Shown: in pieces, positions 55,949 through 64,000 of the stretch
How the letters are laid out: each line of letters opens with the position of its first letter
Numbering within the stretch: position 1 is the stretch's first letter
DNA from: Nitrospiraceae bacterium
GTDB lineage: Bacteria; Nitrospirota; Nitrospiria; Nitrospirales; Nitrospiraceae
Length of the DNA: 64,000 bases
Assembly: GCA_050246315.1 (NCBI GenBank)
Contig: JBFWWG010000002.1
Coordinates: 561,159-625,158 of the forward strand
Direction of reading: 5' to 3'
The notes under the pieces: model-generated
What the model was told of the DNA's origin: nothing
Databases searched by the model: none
Seen by the model: only the letters and a program-made list of their open reading frames with translations
Translations under genes and position numbers: made by a program

Positions 55949-56725
55949 GGAGCCGACGTTGACTCCCCTCGGCCCAACGGCGCGCCCCCCGGCCTTTCCC
56001 AATCCTTCGATGATCTGCCTCGACTTAGCCGGCACCAACCCTCTCCTCAGCTCCGCTTCCGCACGCTGCACATAGCGCGGGGCTTGGCCTGACTCCAAAA
56101 CTTCGCCCCTCTCCAGCCGTGCCTGGCCCAGATGACCGACCGTCACGGCAGATGGCCTCATCCGTTCCCGCGAGGCCGGTTGAAAATGGTCGTGACGGCG
56201 GTCCGTCGTCGACTCAATCTGATCTCGATTCGCCTCCCACGCCGGTCCCACCACCACGGTCGGCTTCCGAATGGTCTGGCTCACCATCGCCGCTGATCCC
56301 ACCTGTTCTTCCAAAATGGTCTTCAGTTCGCCGGCACCGATCCATTCATATTGCGCCCAGTACAGCTCACCCTGTCGGCACTTCAGGACCGAGCAGATCG
56401 GCAAAGATCCTCGTTCCACATTCGAGGCCAAGGCTTCCAGCGTCGGCACGGCTGCCACAGGCAACCCTGTCACCGAGCGGAATCCCAATAGGGTCGCCAA
56501 CCCCACCCGAAGCCCGGTAAAGGAACCAGGTCCGATCGAGAGGGCCAACCCGTCCAGATCGGATAACGACAACCGGCACTCGCTCAGGACCCGATCGATG
56601 GCCGGCACCAGCCATTTCGCATGGCTGTTCGGTTCGCTCTGCTCACTCACGGCCAAGACCCGGTCACCATCCATGATCGCGACGCTCTGGTCGGCTGTCG
56701 CCGTTTCAATAGCAAGGATCTTCAT
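55946..56725 (-). CDS. tsaB: tRNA t6A biosynthesis protein TsaB
   Basis: ILAIETAT, GPGSFTGLRVG, VPTLEALA. Confidence 0.95.
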   Translation of the reverse strand: MKILAIETATADQSVAIMDGDRVLAVSEQSEPNSHAKWLVPAIDRVLSECRLSLSDLDGLALSIGPGSFTGLRVGLATLLGFRSVTGLPVAAVPTLEALASNVERGSLPICSVLKCRQGELYWAQYEWIGAGELKTILEEQVGSAAMVSQTIRKPTVVVGPAWEANRDQIESTTDRRHDHFQPASRERMRPSAVTVGHLGQARLERGEVLESGQAPRYVQRAEAELRRGLVPAKSRQIIEGLGKAGGRAVGPRGVNVGS

Positions 56726-56753
56726 CTCGCGATTCTTCTTACTCAGGGGACGG

Positions 56754-57635
56754 CTAAATGACCCCTAACTCGTCCGGCTGTAAGGCGACGTTCGGCACGA
56801 TTTCGTGGAAGGTCAGGCGGACGGATCCACGTCCGCGTCCGTCTTCCAAGGTGATCTTAAAGGGACGCAGCAATGGCGAGGCCGATCCTGGACCCCCGAC
56901 CGGCTGGACAACCTGGTCTCCAACCGCTCGGTAATCTTCGAACTTCATCACGGCCTCAACCTCCCCGCTCGCTGAGAGTCGGTCTTCCTGCACCATGAGG
57001 AGCGTTCGGCGGTCGAACCAGAGTCTCCGGCTATGGCTATTTGCACCGTCTGCGTCTGCCTGATGATCGACGCGGGGCGACCCGTTCAAGTCGGCCGAAC
57101 CGATCGCACCGGCAGTCTGTCCAGAACTCTGCACCTCCAGCCGGTATCGGTCTCCCTCCTCGTACAACAGCACTTGGGCATCAGCCGGCACTGTCGTTAA
57201 ACCCAACGCCCCATGCACAGCCCACAAACTCAACTGTACCGGACGTCCCAGTTTTCCTGCCTCTCCCAAGCGGGCCGTGTGACCTTTCAATTCCCGGCCT
57301 TCGGTGGGCATCGACAGGCGGTAGAGATTGCGGCTGACCACGAGTTCAAACAGCTCCCCACCGAACGGCGTGAACCCCCTCACCCGCATCGCATCGGGAC
57401 GGCGATAATAGACCGCCCCTTCGACTCGGGCCGGTAACAACAGACCCGGCCCCTTGATCTGGGCGCGAAACAGGCCTTTCGCACTCCGTGTCGCCTCGGC
57501 CCGCATCTGGACCAGGGCCACCAACTGTTCGGCAGTGGCCTGCTGATACTCCTCGCTCGATTTCACGGCCGGGCCGACGCAGGCGGCCAGCCCCAGCCAC
57601 GCCAGCACCAATGCCCAGGCCATTCGGTTGCGCAC
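56754..57635 (-). CDS. Hypothetical lipoprotein (LolA/LolB-like or DUF4292-like fold possible)
   Basis: Lipobox LAAC; YYRRPDAMRV, RLWFDR, MKFEDY, PFKITL. Confidence 0.65.
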   Translation of the reverse strand: MRNRMAWALVLAWLGLAACVGPAVKSSEEYQQATAEQLVALVQMRAEATRSAKGLFRAQIKGPGLLLPARVEGAVYYRRPDAMRVRGFTPFGGELFELVVSRNLYRLSMPTEGRELKGHTARLGEAGKLGRPVQLSLWAVHGALGLTTVPADAQVLLYEEGDRYRLEVQSSGQTAGAIGSADLNGSPRVDHQADADGANSHSRRLWFDRRTLLMVQEDRLSASGEVEAVMKFEDYRAVGDQVVQPVGGPGSASPLLRPFKITLEDGRGRGSVRLTFHEIVPNVALQPDELGVI

Positions 57636-57636
57636 C

Positions 57637-59004
57637 TTAGACCAACGCGGCTTCAAGCGCCTCTCCAATCTCCTCCACCCCCACCAACTCCACCCCGAGA
57701 CTCCGATGATTGTCCAGCTTGGCAAGATTCCGTTCCGGCAACAGGCATCGTTTGAACCCCAGCTTGGCCGCCTCCTTGATTCGCAGTTCGACCTGTGTCA
57801 CGGAACGCACTTCTCCTCCCAATCCCACCTCCCCCATCATGACAGTCCGATGGTCGATGGGGACTTCGCGCAAGCTCGACGTGACGGCGGCGACGAGGCC
57901 AAGATCGATGGCCGGCTCGTCGATTGTGATTCCACCCACCACATTTACATACACATCCTGACCGGCTACATGCATCCCAAGTCGCTTTTCCATTACGGCC
58001 AACAGCAACGACAGCCGGTTGACCTCCACGCCGTTCGCCATCCGTTTGGGCATGCTGAAGCTCGTAGAGGAGACCAAGGCTTGAACTTCGCAGAGGATCG
58101 GACGGGTCCCCTCCAGGCTGGACACGACGACAGATCCAGTACCATGCTCCGGCCGTTCCGCCAGAAACAGTTCCGACGGATTGTTGACCTCTTCGAGACC
58201 GCTCTCCTTCATCTCAAAGACGCCGATCTCGTTCGTCGAACCGAAGCGGTTCTTGACGGCACGAAGAATACGATGGGCATGCCCTCGGTCTCCTTCGAAA
58301 TAAAGAACCGTGTCCACAATGTGTTCCAGCAAACGCGGGCCGGCGATGGCCCCCTCTTTGGTGACGTGCCCAATGATGAACACCGGCAGGCCGCTGCGCT
58401 TGGCCAGCCACATCAATTGTGCCGCCACTTCCTGCACCTGGCTCACGGTGCCGGGCGCGGAGGTCACCTGATCGGAATACACGGTTTGAATCGAGTCCAC
58501 GACAAGGGCGGTGGGTTGGAACTCGCGCACGACCTTGAGCACTTCTTGAAGGGATGTTTCGGAGAGGATGAACAACGCGTCGGTCCCGACGCTCAGTCGG
58601 TTCGCGCGCATTTTGATCTGCCGGGGCGACTCCTCCCCAGACACATAGAGCACCCGCTCCTTCGGCCCAGCCAACTTTGGAACGGCCTGTAACAGCAGGG
58701 TGGTCTTGCCGATACCGGGATCGCCGCCGATCAAGACGACCGAGCCGGGGACGACGCCTCCGCCCAGAACCCGGTCCAATTCGCCGATACCGGTCGGTAG
58801 TCGTGGCTCTTCCGCCAGTTCAATCTCGCCGAGGGCCGTGGGTTGTGCACCCTGATCCGAGAGGGGTTGGGGACGGCCACGAGAGACGGGAGTTTCGCGG
58901 ACCTCTTTGAAACTATTCCACTGTCCGCAGTCCGGGCACCGTCCAAGCCATCGCGGCGCCTGATGCCCGCAGGCGTGACAGTGAAAAGTGGTTTTTGCCC
59001 GCAT
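57637..59004 (-). CDS. radA: DNA repair protein RadA/Sms
   Basis: C4 zinc finger, GGDPGIGKTT, KNRFG, GEVGLGGE. Confidence 0.98.
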   Translation of the reverse strand: MRAKTTFHCHACGHQAPRWLGRCPDCGQWNSFKEVRETPVSRGRPQPLSDQGAQPTALGEIELAEEPRLPTGIGELDRVLGGGVVPGSVVLIGGDPGIGKTTLLLQAVPKLAGPKERVLYVSGEESPRQIKMRANRLSVGTDALFILSETSLQEVLKVVREFQPTALVVDSIQTVYSDQVTSAPGTVSQVQEVAAQLMWLAKRSGLPVFIIGHVTKEGAIAGPRLLEHIVDTVLYFEGDRGHAHRILRAVKNRFGSTNEIGVFEMKESGLEEVNNPSELFLAERPEHGTGSVVVSSLEGTRPILCEVQALVSSTSFSMPKRMANGVEVNRLSLLLAVMEKRLGMHVAGQDVYVNVVGGITIDEPAIDLGLVAAVTSSLREVPIDHRTVMMGEVGLGGEVRSVTQVELRIKEAAKLGFKRCLLPERNLAKLDNHRSLGVELVGVEEIGEALEAALV

Positions 59005-59130
59005 GCTTACAATATGTTAATGCATGGGCTCCCAAAAAGAAAAGAGAGTCTTCGTGGCCAGACGTGACCGATCAATTGAATGGCGAAGGATCAATGGCGA
59101 AGGAGGGTGTCGCGGCATTCCGGCGTCCGC

Positions 59131-59997
59131 CTATTCTTGCAACCGCTTGCGTGCATCCTTCCATTCCTTCACGCGACGGGCTTTTCTGGGCAGCTTGACC
59201 TTGTCATCCTCGGTGATCAGGACAGCCGTCAGGCGCTCCGCGATCAGCGCCTCGGCGAATACCGACGTTGTTCCCACGCCGGACTTGATATTCTCCCAGC
59301 CATCAGCTCGCAACTGTTCAATCAGACCGCGCAATCCGTCCACGTTCGAATCGGCCGGGAGGACGACACCTTGGGGAAACTTGTGCTCCTCGAGCCACTC
59401 ACGGAATTGCCGGACGCTTTTGAGCGCTGATCCTCTCGGCGGCACCAGGTAGAGCAGGTGATAATAGAACCGGCTGAGACGCTCCAATTCATCCGCCGCG
59501 TGTTCCGCAGGCTTGTCGACTGTGACCGATAGGGGCATAGGCATCGGCAGAGAGGGGGTGATGGCACGTTCCATGGAAGCGAGCAGGGCCGCTCCCTCCA
59601 CAAGCAGGATCGGGCGTCGTCGTTCCCAGACCGCCAGGATCCCGGTGCCTTCTGCGTTCGCCACGCGAGGAGACTCGCCGACCGCGACTTTCACACGAAA
59701 CGTGCCGAGTTTTGAGGGAGTATACTGAAAGAACGCCCGCCCATCGCCGCCGGTCATGGCCGTCGCCGCACGAACGTTGTCCACCCACAGAATGAGTGGC
59801 TCGCCCCCCACCCCCTGCGAACGAAGGGCGCCTTCCTCAAGTAAGAGCGTTTCGATGGTCACAGACCGATCAGTCTTCGTGAGGTTGTCACCCACAACCA
59901 CGGAGACGGTTCGGCGCTCCGCCGCCCATCCATCAAGGGCGGACCAGCAACTCATCAACAGGCTGAGAAGACAGATCCAGACTGACAAGGGTCGCAC
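59131..59997 (-). CDS. Exported hypothetical protein (Ig-like plus degenerate HAD-like domain)
   Basis: Signal peptide; AMTGGDGRA; PILLVE; REWLEEHKFPQG; SGVG. Confidence 0.6.
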   Translation of the reverse strand: MRPLSVWICLLSLLMSCWSALDGWAAERRTVSVVVGDNLTKTDRSVTIETLLLEEGALRSQGVGGEPLILWVDNVRAATAMTGGDGRAFFQYTPSKLGTFRVKVAVGESPRVANAEGTGILAVWERRRPILLVEGAALLASMERAITPSLPMPMPLSVTVDKPAEHAADELERLSRFYYHLLYLVPPRGSALKSVRQFREWLEEHKFPQGVVLPADSNVDGLRGLIEQLRADGWENIKSGVGTTSVFAEALIAERLTAVLITEDDKVKLPRKARRVKEWKDARKRLQE

Positions 59998-60033
59998 GTT
60001 GGCAACAAAAAGGGTGAGCCGGTCGATCGAGAT

Positions 60034-60498
60034 TTACTTCAAGGCAGCCAGCACATCGTTGACATGTCCGTCGACCTTCACCTTGCGAAAGGCCTCTTTG
60101 ATCTTGCCCGTCCGGTCGATCACAAACGTGCTGCGTTCGATGCCCCAGTATTTCCTTCCGTACATGCTCTTCTGCTTGTACACGCCATAGGTCTTGGCCA
60201 CCGTGGCATCCTCGTCCGACAGAAGCGTGAACGGTAGTTTGTACTTGTCGATGAATTTCTGGTGAGCTGCCTTGCCGTCCAGGCTGACTCCGATGACCAC
60301 TGCCCCGGCCTTGGTCATGCGCGCCATGGAATCGCGGAAGTCGCAGGCCTCCTTGGTGCACCCGGGCGTATCGTCCTTGGGGTAGAAATACAGCACCACC
60401 GGCTGTCCCCGCAACGACTTGAGGCTGACCGACTTTCCGGATTGATCGGGCAACGCGAATTCAGGCGCCACATCGCCGGTCCCGAGATCTTTCGCCAT
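60034..60498 (-). CDS. bcp: Thioredoxin-dependent thiol peroxidase BCP
   Basis: YFYPKDDTPGCTKEACDFRD, ERSTFVID. Confidence 0.96.
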   Translation of the reverse strand: MAKDLGTGDVAPEFALPDQSGKSVSLKSLRGQPVVLYFYPKDDTPGCTKEACDFRDSMARMTKAGAVVIGVSLDGKAAHQKFIDKYKLPFTLLSDEDATVAKTYGVYKQKSMYGRKYWGIERSTFVIDRTGKIKEAFRKVKVDGHVNDVLAALK

Positions 60499-60537
60499 GC
60501 TCATGCTCCTTGGCAGCTCGTTTGCCACTCACCCGAC

Positions 60538-61011
60538 TCAACTGCCAGATCCCAAGCCGCCCAGTCCGCTCGTGGGCCCGCGCCGATTGTTCACGTTTGG
60601 CGTCGCCTGCGCTGGCCGCGAGACCTCCGGGTTGCCGTAGGGTCTTAAGGCCGGAGAATCCCAGATCACCTTGTGTCCGGGTTCGAGTGTGGCGGCCTCG
60701 ATAAATTCATCATGGGCCCCTTGCGCATCACCGAGCGCGTTGAGGGCCAAGGCCAGATTGTAATGCGCGGCCCCCAAGCGAGGGGCCATCTTCACCGCCT
60801 GTTCAAAAAAGACTTTGGCATCATCAAATTGTTGGGCTTGATAGGCTCCGCTTCCCTGGTCAGTGAGCGCGATTGCTTCCTGGGGGGCTCGCGAATCGAG
60901 CGGCAAGGGCAGCAGCGGCAGGGATTTGGTTCGGGAACAACCCTGGCCGGCCAACGCCATCAAGAGAATCGCCACCCCCAGCATCCGACAATGCGTTCCA
61001 TGTGTGAGCAT
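60538..61011 (-). CDS. TPR-repeat lipoprotein
   Basis: Lipobox-like GQGC; AHYNLALAL. Confidence 0.75.
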   Translation of the reverse strand: MLTHGTHCRMLGVAILLMALAGQGCSRTKSLPLLPLPLDSRAPQEAIALTDQGSGAYQAQQFDDAKVFFEQAVKMAPRLGAAHYNLALALNALGDAQGAHDEFIEAATLEPGHKVIWDSPALRPYGNPEVSRPAQATPNVNNRRGPTSGLGGLGSGS

Positions 61012-61062
61012 TAGATGTCACCTTTTCTTTTGCAGGCGACCGCGCACGTCCCGATCACCGCC

Positions 61063-61341
61063 CTACCGAGCCCCTACCCGACGGCGCAGCTCCTCTTCCG
61101 AAAACTTCCGATACAACACATCCCATTCCTGCGTTCCCTCGATGAGAGGTCTGGCATAGGAAGCCAACCGCTGGCGTACCGTGCGGTCGATGGCAGCGTC
61201 CTGCTCCAGTTCCGACGCCAACACCCGTTTGATGAGTCGCAAGACCTTCGCCTCGTCCCCGACCAGCCTTGCAGCCGGGGTGCGTTTGAGACTCGCCAGG
61301 ATGACGTGCGAGAGATGCGAGATCTTGTCGTCGCTCAACAT
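61063..61341 (-). CDS. DUF507 family protein
   Basis: MLSDDKISHLSH...EGTQEWDVLYRKF.EEE. Confidence 0.8.
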   Translation of the reverse strand: MLSDDKISHLSHVILASLKRTPAARLVGDEAKVLRLIKRVLASELEQDAAIDRTVRQRLASYARPLIEGTQEWDVLYRKFSEEELRRRVGAR

Positions 61342-61356
61342 GGGCCTTGGCGCTCC

Positions 61357-61638
61357 CTACAGCACAAGCCCTCGGTCGCGCGCCAACTTGGTCTTGATCA
61401 TCGTGAACATCTTCTGGTAATCGACCTGACCACGTTCAATCTGATCCGCATAGCCCTTCAAGAGTTCCCGGACCTCGGCATTCAAGCGATCCTCGACCTG
61501 AAGTTCGTTCGTGATGGCCTGTTCCAATGCTTCGCCCAGAGATTTCTTGTCCTCCGAGACGCGGACCAGACCTTCGGACTGGAGCTGTTCGCTGAGAGTC
61601 TGGGCAAGATGGTGAACACGTTCCTTCGACAGACGCAT
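61357..61638 (-). CDS. DUF507 family protein
   Basis: MRLSKERVHHLA...EDRLNAEVRELL...MIKTKLARDRGLVL. Confidence 0.82.
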   Translation of the reverse strand: MRLSKERVHHLAQTLSEQLQSEGLVRVSEDKKSLGEALEQAITNELQVEDRLNAEVRELLKGYADQIERGQVDYQKMFTMIKTKLARDRGLVL

Positions 61639-61650
61639 GACGCTCCACTC

Positions 61651-61888
61651 ACAGGATGTCGAGCATGTCCGCCAACCTTATTGAGGCACCCATTGCTGAC
61701 CGTATCCTGATGCAATGGGTCTGCCGCTCAGCGGCTCTACGTACGGAAACGCGCACGCTTCGTCTCCTCGCTCGGTGCGGCCTCGCATGACGGTCTTTTT
61801 GACCATCCTGCACGGAGTTCTATGATCATCCGTGGCCTCTCGCGGTGCGGCCATTCACGGGTACTCGAAGGGTTTTTCAACAGCCTGC
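61651..61888. mobile_element. MITE-like repeat, family B
   Basis: CAGGATG.../...TTTTTGACCATCCTGC unit plus extension ending TTTTTCAACAGCCTGC; 61789-61888 is a near-identical reverse complement of 63578-63677. Confidence 0.75.
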
Positions 61889-62051
61889 CAGCCCGCATGA
61901 TTCATGAAGATTCGTGATGAAAGTGCGGAGACGCCACGCGAGACGAGCAAGCGGCGAGCCCGCCCGCCTGGCCCTGTACAGGCACGGCCAGGCTTGTCGG
62001 GGCGGCGTATGCGCGGTTGCCGTAGAATCCTTCATGAAATAAAGCGGGCTA
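61889..62051. mobile_element. MITE-like element, family A (short variant)
   Basis: AGCCCGCATGATTCATGAAG ... CTTCATGAAATAAAGCGGGCTA. Confidence 0.75.
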
Positions 62052-62186
62052 GCAGGCCGCGGAAAAACGCGATTTGTGTGCTTCGACAGGCTCAGCACGA
62101 TCGGAAAACACCAGTATATTCAATGACTGCTCCGTTCGTCCTGAGGCTCTCGAAGGATGAACGGAGGGTTGTTCCGCAGCCTGCTA
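62050..62186. mobile_element. MITE-like element with TAGCAGGC ends and internal REP-like palindrome
   Basis: TAGCAGGCCGCGGAAAAAC / GTTGTTCCGCAGCCTGCTA; internal CTTCGACAGGCTCAG...CTGAGGCTCTCGAAG. Confidence 0.75.
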
Positions 62187-62567
62187 GATCTTTTCAATCT
62201 TGATTTTGCTTGCTTCGAATCCCTGTCGGAGGACCGTCGCATCGCCGACGATCTGCCCGATGACATTGACACGATCGGCGGGCACCGGATCGGACCCCAT
62301 GCTCATGGGCGTCCGCCCAAAGAAGATTGCCAGCACCTCACCCGGCCCCCACCAGGCAACGTCGCCGGCTTTGACTTTGGTCGTCGCGGTCTCTCGGAAA
62401 TCTTTCACGCCTCCCAGTTTACAATAGTACTCCTCTCCCCATGTATTCAACGGCGCCTCGACAGGCAAGGCCGCATAGACGCTGTCGGCGGTCTTTGTGG
62501 ACTTGAGTTCCGCATCGACCCGGACAGGCCCGACGGTGATCCGGATGCGTTTGGTGACCTCCGTCAT
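62184..62567 (-). CDS. Cyclophilin-like fold protein (DUF369-like)
   Basis: LPVEAPLNTWGEEYY, GDVAWWGPG..LAIFFGRTP, VNVIG. Confidence 0.82.
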   Translation of the reverse strand: MTEVTKRIRITVGPVRVDAELKSTKTADSVYAALPVEAPLNTWGEEYYCKLGGVKDFRETATTKVKAGDVAWWGPGEVLAIFFGRTPMSMGSDPVPADRVNVIGQIVGDATVLRQGFEASKIKIEKI

Positions 62568-62712
62568 AGCCGACTCTTCCCTCCTCTGTTCGCGATGTTC
62601 CGCGAGAATGTAGATCGGAAACTGTAGCGACTCATCACCGTGAAATCAAGGCTGGATTCCCCATAGTCGATTCTGGCAGACTCGACCGGCCTCCCGGTGA
62701 TTCCTCGCGGCC

Positions 62713-63525
62713 ATGCAGGGTCTTCCGCCTCCAGTTGGACAAGGAGGAATGACGACGACACCTACGGGACAATGGATCGGATACGGTCTCAGCGATGTCG
62801 GCCTGATACGTGCCTCGAATCAGGATGCCGTGCTCGTGCTGAATGATCATGGGCTTTGGGCGGTCGCCGACGGCATGGGGGGCCACGCAGGAGGCGACAT
62901 CGCCAGCGGGTTGGCGGTCGCCGCCATCCGTCATCTGGCAACGGAGGCCGCTCCTCTTGGCACCCCGACCGGTTCAGAGTTTGACGCCGAACGGCACCTT
63001 CGGAATTTGGTAGATGCGGCAAATCGCCGTGTGTTCGACGAGGGCGCAGCCGTTCGCAGCCTGCGCGGGATGGGCACCACCTTGGTTATCTTAATGATCA
63101 GGGATGGGCCAACCTCGGTCGGTTATCTCGCGCATGTCGGCGATAGTCGCGCTTATCTCGTCCGTGCAGGTATCTTAACGCTCCTGACCTGCGACCATTC
63201 CCTCGTTGAAGATTATGTCCGACGGGGACTGCTCACGCGGGATCAGGCCGCCACCCATCCACGCCGACATGTATTGACTCGGGCGGTTGGTCTGGACCCG
63301 ACCGTCGAAGCCGACACGACACAGCTCGAGTTGGAACCCAACGATCGGTTGATCCTCTGTACGGACGGCCTCACGAAGATGCTCGATGATCGGGATCTCA
63401 CCGCACTCGTGGTGAAGGCTGGACGGCGTCCAGCCGACCTGTCTCGGATCTTGGTAGAGGAAGCCAACCGCCGTGGCGGAGAGGACAACATCACCGTGCT
63501 CGTCTGTGCGCGCCAGGATTCCTGA
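62713..63525 (+). CDS. PP2C/PPM-type Ser/Thr protein phosphatase
   Basis: SDVGLIRASNQD, VADGMGGH, GMGTT, HVGDSRAY, LCTDGL, GGEDNIT; start at 62713 or 62749. Confidence 0.95.
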   Translation: MQGLPPPVGQGGMTTTPTGQWIGYGLSDVGLIRASNQDAVLVLNDHGLWAVADGMGGHAGGDIASGLAVAAIRHLATEAAPLGTPTGSEFDAERHLRNLVDAANRRVFDEGAAVRSLRGMGTTLVILMIRDGPTSVGYLAHVGDSRAYLVRAGILTLLTCDHSLVEDYVRRGLLTRDQAATHPRRHVLTRAVGLDPTVEADTTQLELEPNDRLILCTDGLTKMLDDRDLTALVVKAGRRPADLSRILVEEANRRGGEDNITVLVCARQDS

Positions 63526-63547
63526 TCCACCTTCTGATCCACCTCCA

Positions 63548-63576
63548 TTGACAAGACCTCGACTGCCGCGTAGCCT
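63548..63576 (+). promoter_or_regulatory. Sigma70-type promoter
   Basis: TTGACA-N17-TAGCCT. Confidence 0.55.
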
Positions 63577-63780
63577 AGCACGCTGTTGAAAAGCCCTTCG
63601 AGTACCCGTGAATGGCCGCACTGCAAGAGGCCACGGATGATCATAGAACTCCGTGCAGGATGGTCAAAAAGGCCGTCCAGCGAGACCGCAGCGAGCGAAG
63701 AGGAAGCGTACTTTTTTCCGTTCGTTGAGCCTCTGAGCGCCGCGAGAACAAAGCTGGCGAGCTTTTTCATCATCCTGCTA
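63576..63780. mobile_element. MITE-like repeat, family B
   Basis: TAGCACGCTGTTGAAAAG ... CTTTTTCATCATCCTGCTA, flanked by CTAG. Confidence 0.8.
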
Positions 63781-63835
63781 GCCCCCCCACCATGCCTCAA
63801 ACATCATCCTCTCAGATAGGCAGGCGATCGCACAC

Positions 63836-64000
63836 ATGAATCGATTCCTCGGGAGCTTCGCTTCCATCCTGGTTGGACTGGCGAGCCTCCTGTGTACGTT
63901 CCCAGATAACCTCCGCGCCGAATCCGTTGGGACGTCTGAGACCGAGAAGCCTGAGCTACAGGGACAGTGGGAGATCAAGGAGGAAGACAAGTCCTATGTG
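63836..64000 (+). CDS. Exported hypothetical protein (partial, runs off the window)
   Basis: MNRFLGSFASILVGLASLLC...LQGQWEIKEEDKSYV, open to the window end. Confidence 0.6.
   Translation, partial: MNRFLGSFASILVGLASLLCTFPDNLRAESVGTSETEKPELQGQWEIKEEDKSYV

Overview
Bacterial chromosomal window, GC-rich, probably Nitrospira-like (inferred from protein families and intergenic repeat types, not shown directly). Positions ~1.3-32 kb form a large molybdate/tungstate-associated acquisition island. It holds yezD/DUF2292, two paralogous OprO/P-like porins, four ModA-family binding proteins, ModB/ModC, Mop, a multi-TOBE protein, a secreted sulfite-oxidase-fold protein lacking the Mo-ligating Cys, paralogous lipoproteins and an XRE-HTH/PBP regulator. 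It also holds a TonB-dependent receptor/TonB/type II ABC importer operon headed by a luciferase-like monooxygenase, an FNR-like regulator, and an inserted RND efflux system with a split permease. Further right are a sigma54 two-component system, a secreted hydrolase/lipoprotein pair, trmL, a decayed IS110, a GT-C glycosyltransferase, a cytochrome c, a second RND operon and housekeeping genes (cyclophilin, tatC, rimI, tsaB, radA, bcp, PP2C). Several MITE-like elements sit in TA/CTAG sites, four of them ending exactly on TAG stop codons. I saw no rRNA, tRNA or CRISPR array. All calls come from reading the sequence and ORF translations; no database searches were run.
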